Shown: positions 1 to 14,135, counted from the first letter of the stretch. The stretch is 64,000 nucleotides of DNA from Felis catus (GCF_018350175.1 NC_058368.1:27530001-27594000); one strand, 5' to 3'. Numbers and translations are program-made. The notes: a model not told the origin generated them from the sequence alone.

Positions 1-3000
1 AAGAAATAGAATTATTTGAACAGACCCATAACCATTAAAGAAATTGAATCAGTAACCAAAATTTCCCAACAAACAGAAATCCAGGGCCAGATGGCTTTCC
101 AGGGGAATTCTACCACCATTTAAAGAAGAGTTAGCACCTATTCTTTTGAAGTTGTTCCAAAAAAATAGAAGTGGAAGGAAAACTTCCAAACTCATTCTAT
201 GAGGCCAGCATTATCTTGATTCCAAAACCAGACAAAGACCCCACTTAAAAGGAAAACTACAAACCAATTTCCCTGATGAGCATGGATGCAAAAATTCTCA
301 ACAAAATACTAGCAAACTGGTTCCAATAATACATTAAAAGAATTATTCACCATGATCAAGTGGGGTTTATTCCTGGGCTGTAGGATTGGTTCTATATCCA
401 CATACCAATCAATGTGATACACACATTAATAAAAAACAAAAGGATAAGAACCACATGATCTTCTCAATACATGTAGAAAAAAACATTTGAGGGGCGCCTG
501 GGCGGCTCAGTCATTTGAGCGTCCGACTCTTGATTTCAGCTCGGATCATGACTCCAGGGTCCTGGGGTTGAGCCCCACATCGGGCTCTGTGCTGAGCGTG
601 GAGCCTGCTTGAGATTCTCTCTCTCTCCCTCTGCCCCCCTCCCCCTTCATGCTCTTTCTCTCTAAAATAAAAAAATAAATAAAATTTTAAAAAAAGAAGA
701 AGAAAAAGGATTTGACAAAATACAGCATCCTTTCTTGATAAAAGCCCTCAAGAAAGCGGGGGTAGAAGGAACATACCTCAAGATCCTAAATGCCATATAT
801 AAAAGACCCACAGCTAATATCATCCTCAAAGGGAAAAACTGAGAGCTTTCCCCCTAAGGTCAGGAACACAACAGGGATGTCCACTCTCCCACTGTTGTTC
901 AACACAGTGTTGGAAGTCCAAGCCTCAGCAATCACACAACAAAAAGAAATAGAAGGCTTTCAAATTGGCAAGGAAGAAGTCAAAACGTTCACTCTTCACA
1001 GACAACATAATATTCTATGTGTAAAACCCAAACGACTCCACCAAAAAACTGCTAGAACTGATACATGAATTCAGCGAAGTTGCAGAATATAAAATCAATG
1101 TACAGAAATCTGTAGCATTTCCATACACCAATAATAAAGCAGCAGAAAGAGAAATCAAGGAATTGATCACATTTACAATTGCACCAAACACCATAAAATA
1201 CCTAGGAATAAACTTAACCAAAGGGGTAAAAGATTTATACACTGAAAACTATAGAAAGCTTATGAAAGAAACTGAAAAAGGCGCAAAGAAATGGAAAAAC
1301 ATTCCATACTCATGGATTGAACAAACAAATATGGTTAAAATGTCGATGCTACCCAAAGCAACATACATATTCAATGCAATCCCTTTCCAAGTAATACCAG
1401 AATTCTTCACAGACCTAGAACAAACAATTCTAATATTTGTATGGAACCATAAATGACCCCAATAGCCAAAGTAATGTTGAAAAAGAAAACCAAAGCTGGA
1501 AGCATCACAATTCCAAACTTCAAACTGTATTACAAATCTGTAATCATCAAGACAGCTATGGTATTGGCACAAAAATGAGCACATAGATCAAAGATACAGA
1601 ATAGAAAATCCAGAAATGGACCTACAGTTATATGGTCAACTCATTTTTGACAAAGCAGGAAAGAATATCCAACTGAAAAAAGACAGTCTCTTTGGCAAAT
1701 GGTGTTAGGAAAACGGGACAGCAACGTGCAAAAGAATGAACCTGGACCACTTTCTTACACCAGACACAAAAATAAATTCAAAACGGATGCAAGACCTAAA
1801 TGTAAGACAGAAAACCATCAAAATCACAGAGGAGAAAATAGGCAACAACCTCTTTGACCTTGGCCAGAGCAACTTCTTACTAGGCAGGTCTCTGGAGGCA
1901 AGGAAAACAAAAACAAACATGAACTATTGGGACCTCATCAAGATAGAAAGCCTCTGCACAGCAAAGGAAACACTCAACAAAACTAAAAGACAGCCGACAG
2001 AATGGGAGAAGATATTTGCAAATGACATACCAGATGAAGGGTTAGCATCCAAAATCTATAAAGAGCTTATCAAACTCAACACACAAAAATATCATCCAGA
2101 GAAGAAATGGGCAGAAGACATGAATAGACACTTTTCCAAAGAAGACATCCAGATGGCTAACAGACACATGAAAAGATGCTCAACATCACTCATCATCAGG
2201 GAATACAAATCAAAACCACAATGAGATACCACCTCACACCTGTCAGAATTGCCCTAATGAACAACTCAGGAAATCACAGATGTTGGTGAGAATGAGGAGA
2301 AAGGGAATAATTTTGCTGCTGATGGGAACGCAAACTGGTACAGCCACTCTGGAAAGCAGTATGGAGGTTCCTTAAAAAATTAAAAATAGAACTACCCTAT
2401 GACCCAGCAACTGCACTACTATGTATTTATCCAAAGGACACAAAAATGCTGATTCAAAGGGGCACATGCACCCAATGATTATAGCAGCACTATCAAAATA
2501 GCCAAAGTTTGGAAAGAGCCCAAATGTCCATTGACTGATGAACGGATAAAGAAGTTGTGGTATATATATAAATATGTAATGGAATATTACTCAGCAACTA
2601 AAAAGAATGAAATCTTGCCATTTGCAGCAACATGGATGGAACTAGAGTGTATTACACTAAGCAAAATTAGTCAGAGAAAGACAAGTATCATATGACTTCA
2701 CTCATATGGAATTTAAGATACAAAAAATATGAACATAAAGGAAGGGAAGGAAAAATAATATAAAAACAGGGAGGTGGACAAACCATAAGAGACTTAAATA
2801 TAAACTGAGGGTTGCTGGAGGGGTTTTGGGTGCGGGGATGAACTAAATGGGCAAGGGGTACTAAGGAGGACACTTGTTGGGATGAGCGCTGGGTGTTATA
2901 CGTAAGTAATAAATCACTAAATTCTATTCCTGAAATCATAATTACAACATATGTTAACTAACATGGATGTAAATTAAAAATAATAATTAAAAATGAATTA

Positions 3001-3015
3001 ATCTATTTAAAAAAA
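1..3015 (+). mobile_element. LINE-1 (carnivore), ORF2 RT/C-terminal region and 3' UTR, frameshifted; 5' part lies outside the window
   Basis: ORF fragments such as [32 protein letters not shown] and [24 protein letters not shown] are L1 ORF2p motifs; carnivore-type 3' UTR and an A-rich end near 2970-3015. Confidence 0.95.
491..703 (+). mobile_element. CanSINE inserted in L1 ORF2
   Basis: ggggcgcctgggcggctcag head, (CT)n tract, A tail; flanked by imperfect aaaa..atttga repeats. Confidence 0.9.
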
Positions 3016-3016
3016 G

Positions 3017-3057
<41 letters not shown>

Positions 3058-3480
3058 CACACACAATGGAATATTACTCGGCGATCAGAAAGAATGAAAT
3101 TTTGCCATTTGCAATAATATGGATGGAACTAGAGTGTATGACACTAAGTGAAGTCAGTCAGAGAAAAATAAATTCATATGATTTCACTCATATGTGGAAT
3201 TTAAGAAACAAAACAGATGAACATAGGGGAAGGGAAGGAAAAATACGATACAAAGAGAGAGGGAGGCAAACCATAAGAGAGTCTTCAATACAGGGAACAA
3301 ACTGAGGGTTGTTGGAGGGGTGTTGGGTAGGGGGATGGGCCAAATGGGCAAGAGACACTATAGAGGACACTTGTTGGGATGAGCACTGGGTGTCATATGT
3401 AAGTGATGAACCACTGAATTCTACTCCTGAAATAATGATTACACTGTACGTTAACTCAGATTTAAATTTTAAAAAAGGTA
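3016..3480 (+). mobile_element. Second L1 3' end (ORF2 tail and 3' UTR) carrying a (GT)n microsatellite
   Basis: MEYYSAIRKNEILPFA ORF2 C-terminus; 3' UTR homologous to 2575-2990; (GT)n at ~3018-3054. Confidence 0.9.
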
Positions 3481-5201
3481 ATTGATTATTAAAAAGGTAA
3501 TTATTATGAGCAGCAAGATAGCAAGCCTCAACGCACTTTGTAACCCTTTGCTTGAACCAACACTTACTCACAACTGATTGGCCAAACTAAGTTAATGACT
3601 GGGCTCAGAAACAAGGGGTGAGATCATCAATATAGTCAACCTACCATCGTTCCCAAACCGTCTTCTATGGAGACCAATGTCCCACAGATGCTTTAAGATG
3701 TTCCAAAAAAGGGTTCTATGGTCATACAAATTTGTGAAACGCTGTGTATTATATCTTCCAGGTGAGTCATAGTCCTCATTAAGTTATTAAAGACTCTGAG
3801 AATTCCCATATCTGTTTACCCTGGTTTAATTGTTCTCTGCCACACTCATTTAGTCATGAAACACACTAATCACACAAAACTTTCAAACACAGCTTACCCA
3901 AGTATTCCCTGAATCCAAGTATTCATACCAAGTCATGAAAACTCCTTGTAATAGTTACATTATAATAGAGAGATTTAGGTGACCCAGAAGTTTTCACGGC
4001 ACCGGTAATATAAACTGCTCATGGTAGTTATTTTCTCTACTCCTAGACGAGAAAAGAGAAACAAGAAGAGTTCAGCAAGACCCACAGAAAGAGAATGGCA
4101 AAGCTGGGATGCATATCCACATCTGCCTGCACACCCATCATCTTTTTATCTCCCTACCGTCAATGGTGGAATGTCAGACACCGTGACAAAGGGCAGGGGA
4201 GGCAGCGCATGACGATAGTCTAGTACTCGAAGAATGTTCGCTTTAGTCCTGGCTTTGCCACTACATGATCTTGAGCGGGTCACCACCTTCTTAATAGAGT
4301 ATATTGGAAACACCATTCTTTCTGCTCCCTTGTAACTCCAAGAATCTGGAAAATATTTTGATGAACAGCTCATTGGGACGTAAGAATCCTCTGAGGCATT
4401 CCCATCTGCCACCATAAAAATGACCTAAAACTTACTGCCTTGTCATTAATCTGGTCCTGAACATAACAGATTCATTTTTTCATCTGTTTATTTCAATCAC
4501 TTAAGATATTCAAAATATCCTTCCAGCCTGAAACTCTTCCCTTGCCCTTTCTAATTTTCCAGTGAAGTCTCGATGATGTATTCCAGTGAGGGCATATTAA
4601 TATTCTGAGGAAATACAATACCTGTGCTGCAGACACTAATTTTAGAACATTCATCACTGAGGATGGTTTTCTTCTTCCTGTCCTAATTTTTTTTTTTAGG
4701 TTGTCAGCCTGTTGGACTACGTTAAGCTAGGTGGTGACTTTCCTTTATTAAACATTTCTTTCCTGAGGGCTTGCCCTTTGTTAGGACTGGCAGGAGGCCC
4801 AAAAAAGGGAGAACCTAGAGCCCTGGGATGCTCTAACCTTGCTCTCTAACTAAGGAGATAAAACTTCGAGCAATAGGAGACCACACAGAAAGCACCAACG
4901 GAACAGCGGAAACAAGGTCACTTTGTCAGGAAAGCTATTTTACTGTCATGGAATCCATCTTGGCTTTACCTCACCCTCGTGCTGAGGCAATAAGGTGAAC
5001 TGGTCTCAAAATCACTTCCAACTCTATGATCTAATGTCTGGTTTGGGTACAGCAGCACCCACAGCACCACACGAGGCATTCGATGAAATACTTTGTCTTG
5101 CGGGCATTATCTAAACTACATTTGAGTCTCCTGTCTCCGGAAAAAGCAGTATGACCCCTAACCTTTTATTGCCACCAGCTGAACAGTACATACTAGGATT
5201 G

Positions 5202-5652
5202 CGCTGGGAGCGGTAACCACCAGAAGTCTCGGCTCCAGAAAGCTGCCTGGATCTGGTTATGGAAGGTTCCAGGAGTGAAGCGGCCAGCAACAGGAGTGGC
5301 TCCAGGGGCAGCGGCCAACTTGAGTACAACCCACTGGCCAGTACTCCTGGAGGATGTGACACGACATCGGGTTTTCAATGGCAACAATGGCACGAGCTGC
5401 CCGCAGAGCTTCTCCCAGGCTGTCTTCAGATTTATGGTGCAGATGCCATATGCAGATATCCTTTTGTAGATATCTGGAAGTCAAGGTTGGTGCCATCTGA
5501 GCAGGCTTCCTGCTGCAAGAAATTTCAGGACTTCCTCCTCCTTCATCTGTAGGACCTCAAGGGCTCTGGACATTGTCAAAGTTTCCCTTTAACTTATGAC
5601 AGAAACTCAGGACAACACTGTGTGGACCCCTCTCTAGGTGATGGGGAAAGGC
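5202..5652 (-). pseudogene. RPSA: Processed pseudogene of 40S ribosomal protein SA (uS2); 5' UTR plus roughly codons 1-128, multiple frameshifts, 3' half absent
   Basis: Minus strand from ATG at 5573 reads MSRALEVLQMKEEEVLKFLAAG, then across frameshifts [57 protein letters not shown] and RLLVVT, matching RPSA. The upstream sequence gcctttcc...gaggggtccacac...ttaaagggaaactttgacaatg matches the RPSA 5' TOP UTR. No introns. Confidence 0.95.
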
Positions 5653-5879
5653 TCCTTATCCCTATTTAAAGGCTGAGTAAACAGATGCACAGAGATGTTT
5701 GTAGCTTGACCACGATCACTCCGCTACTCCAAGGCAGGACTGGACAAGTTCCGGAATGCTTTGCTCACCTGCTGGTTCTTTGAAAGAAATGAGAGAGTTT
5801 GGTATTAACCAAGCACCTCTAGTGGCCCAGAGCTCTCCAAAGTAACAGAACAAATACAAAGGAGACACATACATGGAGA

Positions 5880-6262
5880 GAGAAAGAGAAGAAGGCCATG
5901 TAATTACGGAGGCTAGCAAATTCAAAATTTGTAGGGCAGGTCAATGGGCAAGTAATTCAGGGTGATGTCGCCATCTTGCCACTGAAAACTGCAGAGCAGG
6001 CCAGCGGGCTGGAAACTCAGGCAGAATTTCTATGTGGCTGTCTTGATGCAAATTTCTTCTTCTTTGGGAAAGCTATCTTTACCCTTGATTCCCTTAGATT
6101 GGATGGAGAATAATATGCTTTTCCTGAAAATCTGATTTAAACATTAATACGTCTAAATAATACCTTCACGGCAATACCGAGACTAGTGTTTCACCAAACT
6201 CCAGAGCACTAGACAGGGCACAACAACCTATTCGAGTTGACCCTTAAAATTAACCATCACCC
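5880..6262 (-). mobile_element. MLT2-type (ERVL) LTR, old
   Basis: Ends in aaaattaaccatcac, the reverse complement of the MLT2 start tgtgatggttaatttt; typical ggaggctagcaaattcaaaatttgtagggcagg body. Confidence 0.65.
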
Positions 6263-9200
6263 CAAGAAACAAGAGTAAGGCAGAAGTATTGTTCTTAGCA
6301 TCCACTGAGTGATCAAAGGGAAGCTGGCCCTTTCAAGTCCAGCAGGAAGGAGGCACGGCGCTCAGTGCATCAAAAACAAGAACAAAGTAGTGGGAAAGGC
6401 ACAAAGTGGATTAGCACAGAGACTAGAAGGAAAGTGTCGAAAGCCAAGCACATTCAGAGAAGGGAGGCAGAGGGGAACGATACCCCTGGGTAGGGGCAGC
6501 CCATGACACTGCAGGAATAAGCCAACCAATATGGCTTCCTTCCTTGAAATACATGCTTGCGAATTAGATCCGACTTGTTTTAGATAAGTCTCCGTGTTAA
6601 CAGATAAGGTGTGGCACAGTCATGGAAATAATGTGGTTTTAAAGAGCTCTGGAAACCTGCTTCCCATCTAAAATTCCTCTTCTCTCATCCCGAATGGCTT
6701 TTAAGGGTGTTCATTGATGGTAAGCACATGAACATACGCGCTGAGCTCTTGCAAATGTTCCATCTAGAGACAAGCATGTGGGGCCTGAGCACAAGCTAAC
6801 AAGCTTTCTTTGCAAGAGGGATTTCTACTGCCTACAATCCCTTCTCGTGCTGTCTGCATCCCTGGCTTGGTTTCAGAGATTTTATGTTGTTGAGGTTTTC
6901 TTGGTTTTGTTTAATATGTTTTTCCCCTAATAAAAATGATTGGTGGAGAGAGGTCCTGAGTGCTGCAAAAATACATTGTAGGATGTTATGTATTAAAAAC
7001 TGGCTTGGGATCCAGGTGTCAGCTTCTTCTTCCAATTCAGTTTGGAGCTAGTTCCAATGCTCTCTGCTATGTTCAGACTGGCCTCTGGAGAGCAAAATGT
7101 CCATGTGTAGTGGTTTTGTGAAATGCTTAAGTGGTACAAGAAAAAAAAAAAAACCCAAACAGATAAAGGGAGATGACTCCGTTGTTCAAGAGAGAGATTG
7201 TAATCCCAAAATACATTCCCATTTCTCTTCCTTTGCCATCTGACTTAGGGCACTGAAGTACTCTGTGCCTCAGTTTATCCACCAGCAATACTCAAATGGC
7301 TAATAACCTTTGTCTGTCTTCTTCCTACCTAATAAGTCATAAATCAGGATGCTGGAACACTTTGTAATCTTAAAGAAATATAAATCAAGCACAGTGAAAT
7401 ATAGAAACCATCAATGTCATCACCTTCGGTCAAAAGCAGGATTTAAATTCCAGGCTCCAGTGATAAAAGGCCAGTGGGTGGATATGCTGTCAGTCGGCCC
7501 ATAGCTCTTGTCTCCATGTTTCACATGTTCACCTTCAGATCAACGAGTCTTTAGTGAAAGACGGCCTCACAGTACAGTAGCATTGTTATAACAGCAGATT
7601 GACAAAAATGGAGACAGATGGCTACTCAGTGGCAGGTTTTTCAAATGAATTTATTGTTTATGAAATGTGCTAGATTGATGGCACCCGTGACTGAGTCTGC
7701 CACTTAAAAGGAGAGATCAAGGGGGACAAGGACAATGACCCGGGCAGCTTCTCCCTAATTCCCCTACCCAATCTCAGGCGAGAGGCTTGGGCTAGCTGCC
7801 GAGTCTCCAAAAGGGAAACAGTATTTGGACTCATGGCGACACCCACTGTGGAACAAGAGAGCAGATGCAGCCCCGTTTATTCCTCACGTTGGCGGAGAAA
7901 ATGCCAGTGACTGCCAGTTGTGTGGGGATGTGAGAGAGATCAGGGCCCTTCTCCTGGTTATTGTCTTGTGTTCATTTCTTGGGAAATAGCGTGGGGCAGG
8001 GGTTGAGAGAATGCATTCCCCCAGATGGGAGCACCAAGTGAATTGGTAATGTACACAGTCATTACAGCATAATGGTTAAAGAGATGGGGACTGTTCCCAT
8101 CAAATCCCCCGAGGTTTGACAAGTTCCAACCATCATTTCTTCCAATTTCACACAATCTTTAGCCAGTCCTCCCAGGCTTCAACTGAGTTTTACGATGTCC
8201 TTCTTTCATAACATCAAAGGATTTCTGCCAATCCCAAATGGCCCAATTCTGTTTTCTGAGCTATTTTCTTGAAGGAGGCTCCAATTTCAGTAAAAGACTC
8301 CAGTGTGGTACTCTCCCTTGGCACTTTTGAGGCACCTCTAGCACCTTTTGTCAGGCACTGTGAGCCAATGCCATAAAGAGAAATCACATCCCAGTAAAAG
8401 TGACTGTAAACGAAGGAAAGCTAGGTCTTACAAGTGCCGACCTGCTGAGAGCTTCCATGATGTTCCCTCTGCTGGTTGACCTGTTCTGCTGTCCTTTCCT
8501 GACACACAAGGCCAGTGTTGAATAGTTTATGACTGTAACCTTAAGAAACATTCTGGTTTGATGCTCAAGAGACAGAAGGCATGTAGACCACGTACTCTGA
8601 AGCCTCAAATACCACCCCCCGCCATAGTCCCCATCTGAGGGGCTCGCCATACGCGGGACACTGGCCCTGATACGGCCCAGTACAAAGGTTCTACATGCCG
8701 TGCTGGGGCCTCTGCTGGAGGTAGCCAGCCAGTCCAGTCAGAGCCCTTCTTGAAAGGCTGGACAGTGGGATCTACAGAGAGAGCCATCGGAAAGGAAGGA
8801 CTCCAGAAGCCAAGAGATACTCCCAGACCAGGCACCAAGCAGAAGCTGTGAAGCTGGTGGGGCACAAGAAGTCAGTCAATGGGAACAGCAGAGGCGGACC
8901 ACAACTGCTGTCATCCCAGTGATGGAGCAGATCAAGGAACAATCTCTCCTGCTCTCCTAGCTGAGTGACCTTGCATGAAGCCTGGCTCCATGGCTAATGA
9001 GCTGGTTTCCAGTCTCCCCGGCTTTCCCCGTGTACTTGGTGTTCCTTAACTGACTTCACCTCAGTATGCCTGCACACTGAACCTCCTGTTGCCTGCATCG
9101 CACAGGCACCTAAGCGGGTATCATCTCACTGCAGCCAGGTGAACTAAATGTGAGGGTCAGTGTACCCACCTTGATGTGGATTTATAACAGATATCTTTAG

Positions 9201-9338
9201 CGCTAGCGAATCTCCTAGGCAGCGTGCAGTTAGAGGAGGATTTACCGTGCACTTCTTTATTCAGGCATTCAGTAGTCTTGAATTCCTACCACGTGCTAAG
9301 CAATGTGCCGAGTACTACAGATACAAAGAAAAGTTAGA

Positions 9339-9455
9339 GGTGGGCGATGGGCATGGAGGAGGGCACCTGTTGGGTTGAGCACTGGGCGTTGTATGGAAAC
9401 CAATATGCCCATAAATTTCATATTAAAATAATAATAATAAATACAGCTTTAAAAA
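9339..9455 (+). mobile_element. Very short 5'-truncated felid L1 3' end with TSD
   Basis: gagggcacctgttgggttgagcactgggcgttgtatggaaaccaat...ataaatttcatatt is the cat L1 3' terminus; aaaagttaga direct repeats at 9329-9338 and 9456-9465. Confidence 0.85.
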
Positions 9456-10981
9456 AAAAGTTAGAAAGGGATCTCAATCTCAAGAGCATTCGCAGAGCTT
9501 GAACTAAGTCCCCGGTCAGAGATTATGGAACAAACTCCGCTGTTCAAGAAACGCTGCCATTGCCAATGAACCAACATAAGCACAAAAGGGTTTAGCTGTA
9601 CCACCAACTGAGAAGAGAAAATTAGAGTTAAACGTCTAAAGCAAATTATTGAAAGGTTGGCTCTTCGACTCGAGTCCCAACAAAAATAAAGGATCAGCAG
9701 AAAAAAAGATGAAAACACTGAAATAGCGCAGGAACACTGTCTTGTGGTATGTTTCTGATACAAATGCAATTCCAACCTGCCCAGATTTGGTCAGCAGGCG
9801 GGAGAAAGAGGGCCACGTACGTTCCTGTTGAGATTCAGGGGAAGCCTGATCAAGAGAAAAATACAAAATGACTGCTTCCCCTGGGAATATTCTAAGGAAG
9901 GAGAGAGCTGCTGTTAGCGCCCCCCCCACACACACACACACACAACGCTTTTGTGTAAATTAAAACAAGATGCGTCCTCTGGGCTGACAAAGACCCATGC
10001 CAGCGCTTGTGCCTGGGCAAGCAGGGCGTACAATATATTTCTGCCCTCATCTCTCCTCTCCTCAAGGTGTCCTTGTGCAGTCAACAACCTACAAACCTTT
10101 TACGTGGCAGAGAGAAGGGAGGAAGCAGAGAGACAAACAGGGGTAAGAGAGTCATGCAGAGAGAAATAGAGACTGAGACAGAGACCATGAAACGGAGAGG
10201 GAAGGATGAAAAAAGGGAAGAGGAGGACAGGCAGAGAAGGGAGGGAAGGGAAGATAAGGGGACACTCACAAGAAAGAGTGAGACACAAAGAGAGAGAGAA
10301 AGGGGGCCAGATGTTTGATATTTGTTTCTCCACGGCCATTCAATGCTTAGTAGTGATGGAGAAACCAAGCCACGTAGCTTCTTTAATACATTCCATTTGG
10401 TTTACATCAGCACACCTGTCTTGAGGGCTGACTTGTGATGCACTGTGGTTGAAGCTTCGAAACAAATCTGGATGACCAGCTCCCCGTCCTAAGTGGCCTA
10501 CTGCTGGGGAGAACAGAGACTAAAATAAAATGTCTACCAACCACTATGAGAGCACCAAGGCACACATGATTCATTCTGACCAGAAAGACCCATTTCAGGC
10601 AAGGTACTGGAGGTCTCATAACTTCGTCAGGCAACTGAAAAGTCGAGCCTTGACCAGAACGAAGCTAACCACCCGACCACCTCCCCCAAGCCCTCACCAA
10701 TCAACCAACAAACAGAACCCTTGCCTGTAAGGCACATATTACTGAGATGGATAGTTGCCGGAGGCTTAATAAAAGTGCCAGATGTCTCATCAAGCATTTT
10801 TGAGTATCATGGTTTTCTGTTAGAAACAGAAACAGCTGATCTGATCCAACTCCTTCCACTAACACCACCACACACACGCACACAAAAATCTCTCTCACCT
10901 ACCCCATCTGCTATGTGGACTGATTTTGGAGATTCCTTTGGCAGTCTGGGATTCAAGAATCTTGGAAACATTTTTGGTTCT

Positions 10982-11460
10982 GGGGTGCCCGGGTGGATCA
11001 GTTGGCTAAGTGTCCGACTTTGGCTCAGGTCAAGATCTCACAGTTTGTGGGTTTGAGCCCCGCGTTGGGCTCTGTGCCGACAGCTCGGAGCCTGGAATCT
11101 GCGTCAGATTCTGTGTCTCACCCTCTCTTTGCCCAACCCCCCCCGACCTCACGCCCCCGCTCATGCTTTGTCTCTGTCTCTCAATAATAAATAAACATTA
11201 AAAGAAAAAAGAGGGGCGCCTGGGTGGCGCAGTCGGTTAAGCGTCCGACTTCAGCCAGGTCACGATCTCGCGGTCCGTGAGTTCGAGCCCCGTGTCAGGC
11301 TCTGGGCTGATGGCTCAGGGCCTGGAGCCTGTTTCCGATTCTGTGTCTCCCTCTCTCTCTGCCCCTCCCCCGTTCATGCTCTGTCTCTCTCTGTCCCAAA
11401 AATAAATAAACGTTGAAAAAAAAAAAAAAAATTTAAAAAAAAAAAAAAAAAGAAAAAAGA
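10982..11460 (+). mobile_element. Two tandem CanSINEs; a young SINEC_Fc (11213-11460) sits in the A tail of an older copy
   Basis: Heads at 10982 and 11213; aaacatttttggtt repeats flank the pair. Confidence 0.92.
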
Positions 11461-13574
11461 AACATTTTTGGTTTAAGATTCTCCAAAAACACCTTAAAAT
11501 AACCCTGGTCACCGTCAGTCTGGTTCCTTAACTGAGGAAATACCTAACAGCCAACTGAGAGCTAAGCCTTATGCATCTGAGTCCAGAATTCATTGATGTC
11601 TGCAGGAAGACAGACACTGAGAAAGGGAGGTGTGCTAAAAATAAAACCCACCTGCTGCATGCTGTTGTCACAGCTAGTGCCCCAAAGGTCATGTCCTCTT
11701 TTTTTTCTTTGGTTCTTCCAAGCATTCATTCAACACATATTTACTAAGTCCCTGCCTGAGTATTAAAGACTGAGTCAGACTCTACAGATAGAGCAGTGAT
11801 GAAGAAAGAGGTAAATCCTGCCCTCCAGGAATTTCCAATCCCATTATACAAAGAATGACATGGTTACGTAATGATTTAGTAAGCAGTACTACATGGTAAC
11901 CACAAGCGTAACTGAGCCCCAGTACAGGACTCTAGGCAGGCATGCGTAACTGAGGTATCTGAGATATGAGAATAGAAGAGAGGTCAGCAAGACAGAGCGT
12001 TAGGAAAGAGACCAGGATGACAGAACAGCCACGTGGAAAGCATTGTGGCCAGCTGGCTCCCACGCCAATCATGAGAAGCAATGGGGAGGACGATGGAGGG
12101 GTTAAGTCGTTGGGGTCTGGAAGGCCAAGTGAAGGGTAACCTCTGTCTACTGTCCTTTAGACCGGGTCATGGTTTTGCTCTTGGTCTCAGTTGTCAAAAA
12201 TCTAGAAATACGGGAAAGAAATACCTTATCTCTAGTGCGTGAGCTGGCTACAATGCATAGATCCATTCTAGAGATGCCAACATAAAGAAGTTAACTCCTG
12301 AGTTCCAAGCCACAGGACTACACGAGACTCCAGCAGCCCTCTGTACTTCCCGGCTCCAAAGAGAGCTGCTGCACTACCCAATAGGCCCTTCTGCTTCCAC
12401 TGGCAACAGATTCCATAGCTCCCAGTGTCTTCCATTAGCCTGAGCTTTCTGACAGTTCTCCCAAGGCTGCCCTCCTGCTCTGTGGGAATGTTCACATCGC
12501 CATTCCTTCTAAGAAGGTTAAATAGCACAAATGGCTTTATTACATCCTTTTTTGGGTCTATACTCCTGCCATTTAATCATTTTAATTCCTTTCTTATTCA
12601 TTAGAAAAGGGGAATGTTAGGAGAGGAGAATCCTGGAATTCATAGAAGTTTGAGTAATAGCCCTTAAAACATAAAAAGATAAAAAAGTATTTCAATTCTC
12701 TTCACTTTCCTTTCTCTAGTCAGATTCAACTAATGGCACACAATAGAGGGAGATGAGGTGTTCCTTTAACACTTACAATATGCAATTTGGCCGTCAGAGT
12801 AAGAAATAGGCAGAAATCTTTCTGTTTCTGAGATGGCTGGAATTTGAGGTGCAGTGTAGTCCAGAGATGAGTTCTGCTCTGCATTTCAACTCTGTTTAAT
12901 CGGCAGTGGTGGTCGGGAGCAGACTCTTGATGATTCTGAGACTATTCCGGTCTCAGCAGGCAGGTCTACTTGGTCAGCCAATGACAGGACTTGGGAGTAG
13001 TGAGTCACAGCAAATGTGACACACATTTCCCTACCCTGGCAGAGGGCTTAAGAGGACTCACGAGCTTTTGAACTAGACAGCCTGCAGGTGAGTTCTGGCT
13101 TAGCTACTTTACTAGGTTATGATCTTGAAATTGAAAGGTCATAGAAGATCAGAAGATCATGCATCAGATCTTCAAGACCTCGTCAGATAGGTTGCTACCA
13201 TCTACTCTGACCAGGGGGACATTTTCCCAATCACCACTATCCTCTGCACACACACATGGTCACCCAAACAATAATAACCCATATTTTATTAGTTTGTGGC
13301 CCCATCTGTCACTGCAGGATCACTTGCCCTTTGGAAATTCTTCGCATTTCCAGTCTCCACAGGGTAGGTCTGTTTCTGCCAGTGACATTGGTCTGCCAGG
13401 CTTTAGGGATACTGCCACTGCCAGAAGTATCCCATTTCCCTCCAGAATTCGTTAGGACGAAGCAGTCCCCACCAGTCCCGCTATTTGTCTCACGGGTGCA
13501 GTGGGTACCGTTGCTACTCTATCAGGTAACACTTCTTAGTACTGAGCTGTGCTGCGATGTGCAGTGAAATAAGC

Positions 13575-14135
13575 ATATTAGGTAGAATTTTAAGAATGAT
13601 CCCCCATGACCATCACCTTTATGTCCCTTCCCTTTTGAGCGTGTGTGGAATCTGGAGACGGTGAGGAGACGTCACTCGTGTGATTGTTACCTTACAAGGC
13701 AAAGGAAAAATTATCCAGGCGGGCCTCATTTAACCTAATGAACCCTTTAAAAGCAGACCATTTTCTCCAGCTCATGGCACAGGGAGAAGTCAGAGAAAGA
13801 TGAGGCACCAGAGGATTTGACATACCATTGCTGGCTTGCAGACGGAGGGACAACATGGGGAGAAAGGCAGGTGCCCTCTAGAGACGAAAGGTGGCCCTGG
13901 CTAACAGCCAGAAAGAACACCAGGACATCAGTCCTTCAACCACAAGGAACTTGATTCTGTCAACAGCCTGAATGGACTTGGAAACAGATTCTTCTCTGGA
14001 GCCTCCAGGTAAGAGCCCAGACTGGCCAACACCTGCCCGGACTTCGGACCTACAGAACTCTTGAGATTATAAGTGAGTGTTGATTTAAGCTGCTAAATTT
14101 TAGTAATGTGTTGCAAAGAAATGAAACTAATACAT
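13575..14135 (+). mobile_element. MLT1 (MaLR) solo LTR, MLT1D/E-like
   Basis: Motifs ccctttaaaagcaga, caaccacaaggaacttgattctg, ttctctggagcctccag, gacctacagaact and tttaagctgctaaattt. Confidence 0.75.

Noticed and set aside
8380..9100. GC-richer stretch with short ORFs, a possible exon
   Set aside because: No recognisable peptide; more like a degraded ancient LTR, family not assignable by eye.
10080..10330. ORFs rich in R/E or S/L
   Set aside because: Translations of a GA-rich low-complexity tract.
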